Of a stretch of DNA of 64,000 nucleotides, positions 60,794 through 64,000 are shown piece by piece. Below the pieces are notes generated by a model that did not search any database, was not told the DNA's origin, and saw only the letters and a program-made list of their open reading frames with translations. Made by a program: the position numbers and the translations under genes. Position 1 is the stretch's first letter; every line of letters starts with the position of its first letter. The stretch is from Heteronotia binoei (Eukaryota), in assembly GCF_032191835.1 (NCBI RefSeq), contig NC_083223.1, positions 20,894,001 to 20,958,000 on the forward strand, written 5' to 3'.

Positions 60794-62804
60794 ACTGGTC
60801 CCTGCAATAGCATGTCTGGTTGAACTGGTAGGTGGAGAGGTTCTTCTACCGACATCTGCTGAATTGAAGAAAACCAAGGACGACGAGGCCACCAGGGTGC
60901 AACTAGTATGACCTCGGCCCCCAGCCGGCTGATCTTCCTGAGCAACTTGGGAATGACCGGTATCGGGGGAAAGGCGTATAGGAGATCCTGCGGCCATGGA
61001 GATGTTAAGGCGTCTGTGGCCTCCGCCCGACTGTGGTAGTACCTCGTGAAGAACCGAGGGAGCTGGTGATTCTGGTGAGACGCAAAGAGATCCAGTGAAG
61101 GTGGGCCAAAATGGTTCACTATCTTCAGAAACAAGGCCCTGCTTGAATGCTCTCCCGACTGAGCCAGTCTGCTTGGACATTGCAGGCCCCCTTGATGTGC
61201 TCCGCTCTTATTGATTTTAAATGGAGTTCCGCCCATTCGAATAACTTCGCAGCCTCCTTGTAAAGGGAACTGGACCTGGACCCCCCTTGATTGTTTAAGT
61301 AGGCTTTCGCCGCTATATTGTCCGTTCGCACTAGCACGTGCTGTCCCGATACCTGGACCTGAAAGTAGAGTAGTGCCAATCGTATGGCCCGGAGCTCCAG
61401 AAGGTTGATTGGAAGAGTCGACTCCTTGGCTGACCACAGACCCTGTGTGGGAACCTCGTTGAGAGTAGCCCCCCAACCTGAGAGGCTGGCGTCTGAGAAC
61501 AGTTGTAGTTCTCTCTCTGCGGCGTAGACTCTTCCCTGCCGAAGGTTGGTGGTCTTGGTCCACCACAGAAGACTCTCCTTGACCTTCATCGGTACCGTCA
61601 GTGAGATGGCACATCTCTCCATGATGCGGAGTTGATAGGGTCGTAGAAACATTTGCAACTGTCTGGTGTGATGGCGACCCCACTGTAATGCCTCGAGATT
61701 CGAGATCAGGAGACCCATGAGCCTTGCTAGTGTCAGGAGCGTTGATGATGACCCCTGAATCACCTGCTGTACCAGTGTCTTGGTCTTTGAGATCTTGTCC
61801 TCCGGAAGGAATATGGAGTTCAAGTTGGTGTCGATTATCATGCCCAGATGTTCCAGTTTCTGGGTCGGATGTAACTGGCTTTTGGATAGGTTTATTAAGA
61901 ACCCGTGCTGTTGCAGGCAATTGACAGTGCGCTGGACGTCCAATTCCGCTTCCCTCCTCGACGAAGATCTTATCAACAGGTCGTCGAGATAGGGGTGCAC
62001 GTGGATTCCCCTCTGTCTGAGGTGTGCTATCGGATTCACCAGGACCTTGGTGAACACCCGCGGTGCCGTCGCCAGGCTGAATGGAAGGGCCCTGAATTGG
62101 TAGTGCGATCTGTTCACGCAAAAACGAAGAAATCTGCGATGCGCGGGTAGGATCGGAATGTGCAAATAAGCCTCCGTTAGATCCAGTGATGCCATGTAAT
62201 CTTGGTGATGTAGGGCTTCTGTAATGGACCTGATGGACTCCATTCTGAAGTGTCGAAGTTTGATGTTCTTGTTCAGGAATTTTAAGTCCAGGATCGCCCT
62301 CCAGTCCCCGTTCCTTTTGGGCACTGTGAAGAAGATCGAATAGACACCTTGACATCTCTGGTTCAAGGGAACTTGTTCTATAGCTGCGATCTCTAGGAGG
62401 TGGTCTATAGCCCTGAGGGTAACATTCCTCCGACCCGGGTTCGAGCGAAGAGGAGAAACGATAAAGCGGTCTGGGGGTGAGCGCTTGAATTCTATCGGGT
62501 AGCCCCGAGTAACAATGTCCAGAGTCCATGAGTCCGCCCGTGACTCCCTCCAGGCTTGATGGAAGTGAAGCAGGCGGCCCCCTACTGGGATGAGATCCCA
62601 GTCATGCCTTACTGGGCTTGGGGCCCTTCTCAAACTTGTCCGATCGGTTGGGCTGGTTCCTCTGGAATCGGGGGTTGGAGAAGTTCTTGCGGAAAGTTTG
62701 TTTGGATTGACTCCAGGATTGTCTTCTGTATTCTTGTTTAGGCTTGGAGAAGTTGGCTGTGTTACGAAAGGAACTAGAACCGAACCCCCGTGTGTCGGGG
62801 CGTC
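60730..62804 (-). pseudogene. DIRS Pol (RT-RNaseH-DNA adenine MTase), frameshifted at about 61137
   Basis: RT motifs LDLTEAYLHIP, LPFSL and YLDD. RNaseH motifs FSDAS, INLLELRAI, TDN and ADWLSR. MTase motifs DLFAS, YAFPP and LVAPWWP follow in the next frame. Confidence 0.92.
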
Positions 62805-63997
62805 TCAGAAACTTTGGCATTGCTTTCTTCTTGTCTCGCGTCTCCACCAGGATCTTCTCCAGTGAGTCCCCGAATAGCTTCTCTCCTTGAAAGGGATAGC
62901 CTGACACGATGGATTTTGAGTGATTGTCGGCTGGCCACGCTCTCAGCCATAAGCCCCTTCTCGCGACGGTGTTAGCTGCCATCGCCCTGGCTGAGAACGA
63001 AAGGGAGTCCAGTGAGGCGTCCGCTGAGAACTCTGCTGCCCGCATGAGTCTGCTGGTGCCCTCCAGAATCCTCTTATCCGTGTCTGGTACGAGTTGTGCT
63101 AAGCGTCTGACCCACACTATTGCTGCTCTAGCCACAATAGAAGTAGCAGTAGTTGCCTTGATGGCTCCTCCTCAAGGCCAGGTCGATTTTCCTGTCCCAA
63201 CTGTCGCGGACTGAACCCTGACCGTCCTCAGCTAGCAACCCCTGGGACTGTAGGGCTGCCACGGGAGCATTGACCAGGGGAACCTGTAACATATCGTTAG
63301 CAAAAGAGGGAAGCTCATACAATTTTTTGACAGAATTGGGAACCTGCTTGCTGACACTTGGTTTGGCCCATTCAGCTTTTAAATGACGTTCAAAGAACTC
63401 TGGGAAGGGGAAGACGTTGTCCGAAGCACGGTGCCTTGGGAAGAACTCTGCGTTTCCCTTGGGCTTATTTTTGGGGTTAGTCAGGGAACTTGTAGTTTCC
63501 TGTTCCTCAGGTGACCCCTGAAGGTCCAGTGCAGCTAGCACTTTGGGAAGAAGAGATTGAAACTCCTCTGGTTTGAAAAGGCGTGAGGAGGGTTCTGGCA
63601 CAGTAGTGCTCTCTATTTCTTCATCTGAGAGGAATTCACCCTCCTCCCGTTCTTCCCCATAAGACTCCTCCGATAGAGCTTCATATGGGAGCCTCTCACC
63701 CTCCTGGAAATCACTGGCTGAGGGACCCCTTGGAGCCTTAGAATGCCCCCTGGATCTCTTGGGAGATGGGGATCTGGAGGAGGAAGCATGGCTAGGGGAC
63801 CTTGGTCTCTTGTGGGTGGCTGCCATAACTGCCGCACCCACGGTCTGTTTTATGGAGTCTAAAAATTCTGCAAACAAAGAGGGCCCCATGGTGGGTACGT
63901 TACCAGAGCCCCTCTGGGGCTGGTAGGTCTGCGGAGCTTCCTGAGTTGGCTGGTCACTGAAGGCGCTGGGGTCTCCCGCCTGGAGATTGGCATCCAT
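62602..63997 (-). pseudogene. DIRS Gag-like ORF1, frameshifted at about 63162
   Basis: ORFs 63128-63997 and 62602-63135 join through AIKATTATSIVARAAIVW; basic C-terminal tail; position upstream of Pol. Confidence 0.8.
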
Positions 63998-64000
63998 CGT

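Larger units (their letters stand above)
59180..64000 (-). mobile_element. DIRS1-type tyrosine-recombinase retrotransposon (5' end outside the window)
   Basis: Gag-like ORF1, RT, RNaseH, adenine MTase and YR in DIRS1 order, with a right ITR, its extension and an ICR. Confidence 0.95.

Noticed and set aside
59705-61180. Bacterial or phage integrase contamination
   Set aside because: The recombinase overlaps an RT-RNaseH ORF, has DIRS termini, and is joined to a lineage-typical SINE.

Overview
Vertebrate genomic DNA, most likely a gecko (squamate SINE, LINE and MITE families; one 167-N scaffold gap at 12362-12528). Two convergent host genes could be assembled by hand from GT-AG exons. PHF11 (+) has 9 coding exons at 13863-29073, an 852-nt CDS, 283 aa and an extended PHD finger. 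RCBTB1 (-) has 11 coding exons at 55734-31741, a 1596-nt CDS, 531 aa and RCC1 repeats plus BTB. A CpG island at about 3.3-4.0 kb is the likely PHF11 promoter. The right end (59180-64000, -) holds a nearly intact DIRS1-type tyrosine-recombinase retrotransposon: Gag-like ORF1, RT-RNaseH-adenine methyltransferase Pol, YR, right ITR and ICR. It is broken by two small frameshifting deletions and cut off by the window edge. Best lead (inferred, untested): a possible three-protein recoding scheme in this element. Pol has no early ATG but is entered in the +1 frame at UCC_UUU_CGU, the influenza PA-X frameshift motif. The long YR-encoding frame that overlaps Pol is in frame with Gag behind a single UGA_CUG stop. 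Also seen: a Penelope pLTR foldback with hammerhead ribozyme cores, a 4-layer TE nest containing a 5'-inverted L1, two tandem arrays made from retroposon 3' ends, and three TE insertions on or beside splice signals. Repeat family names are from recall, not a database search, and TE boundaries are approximate.
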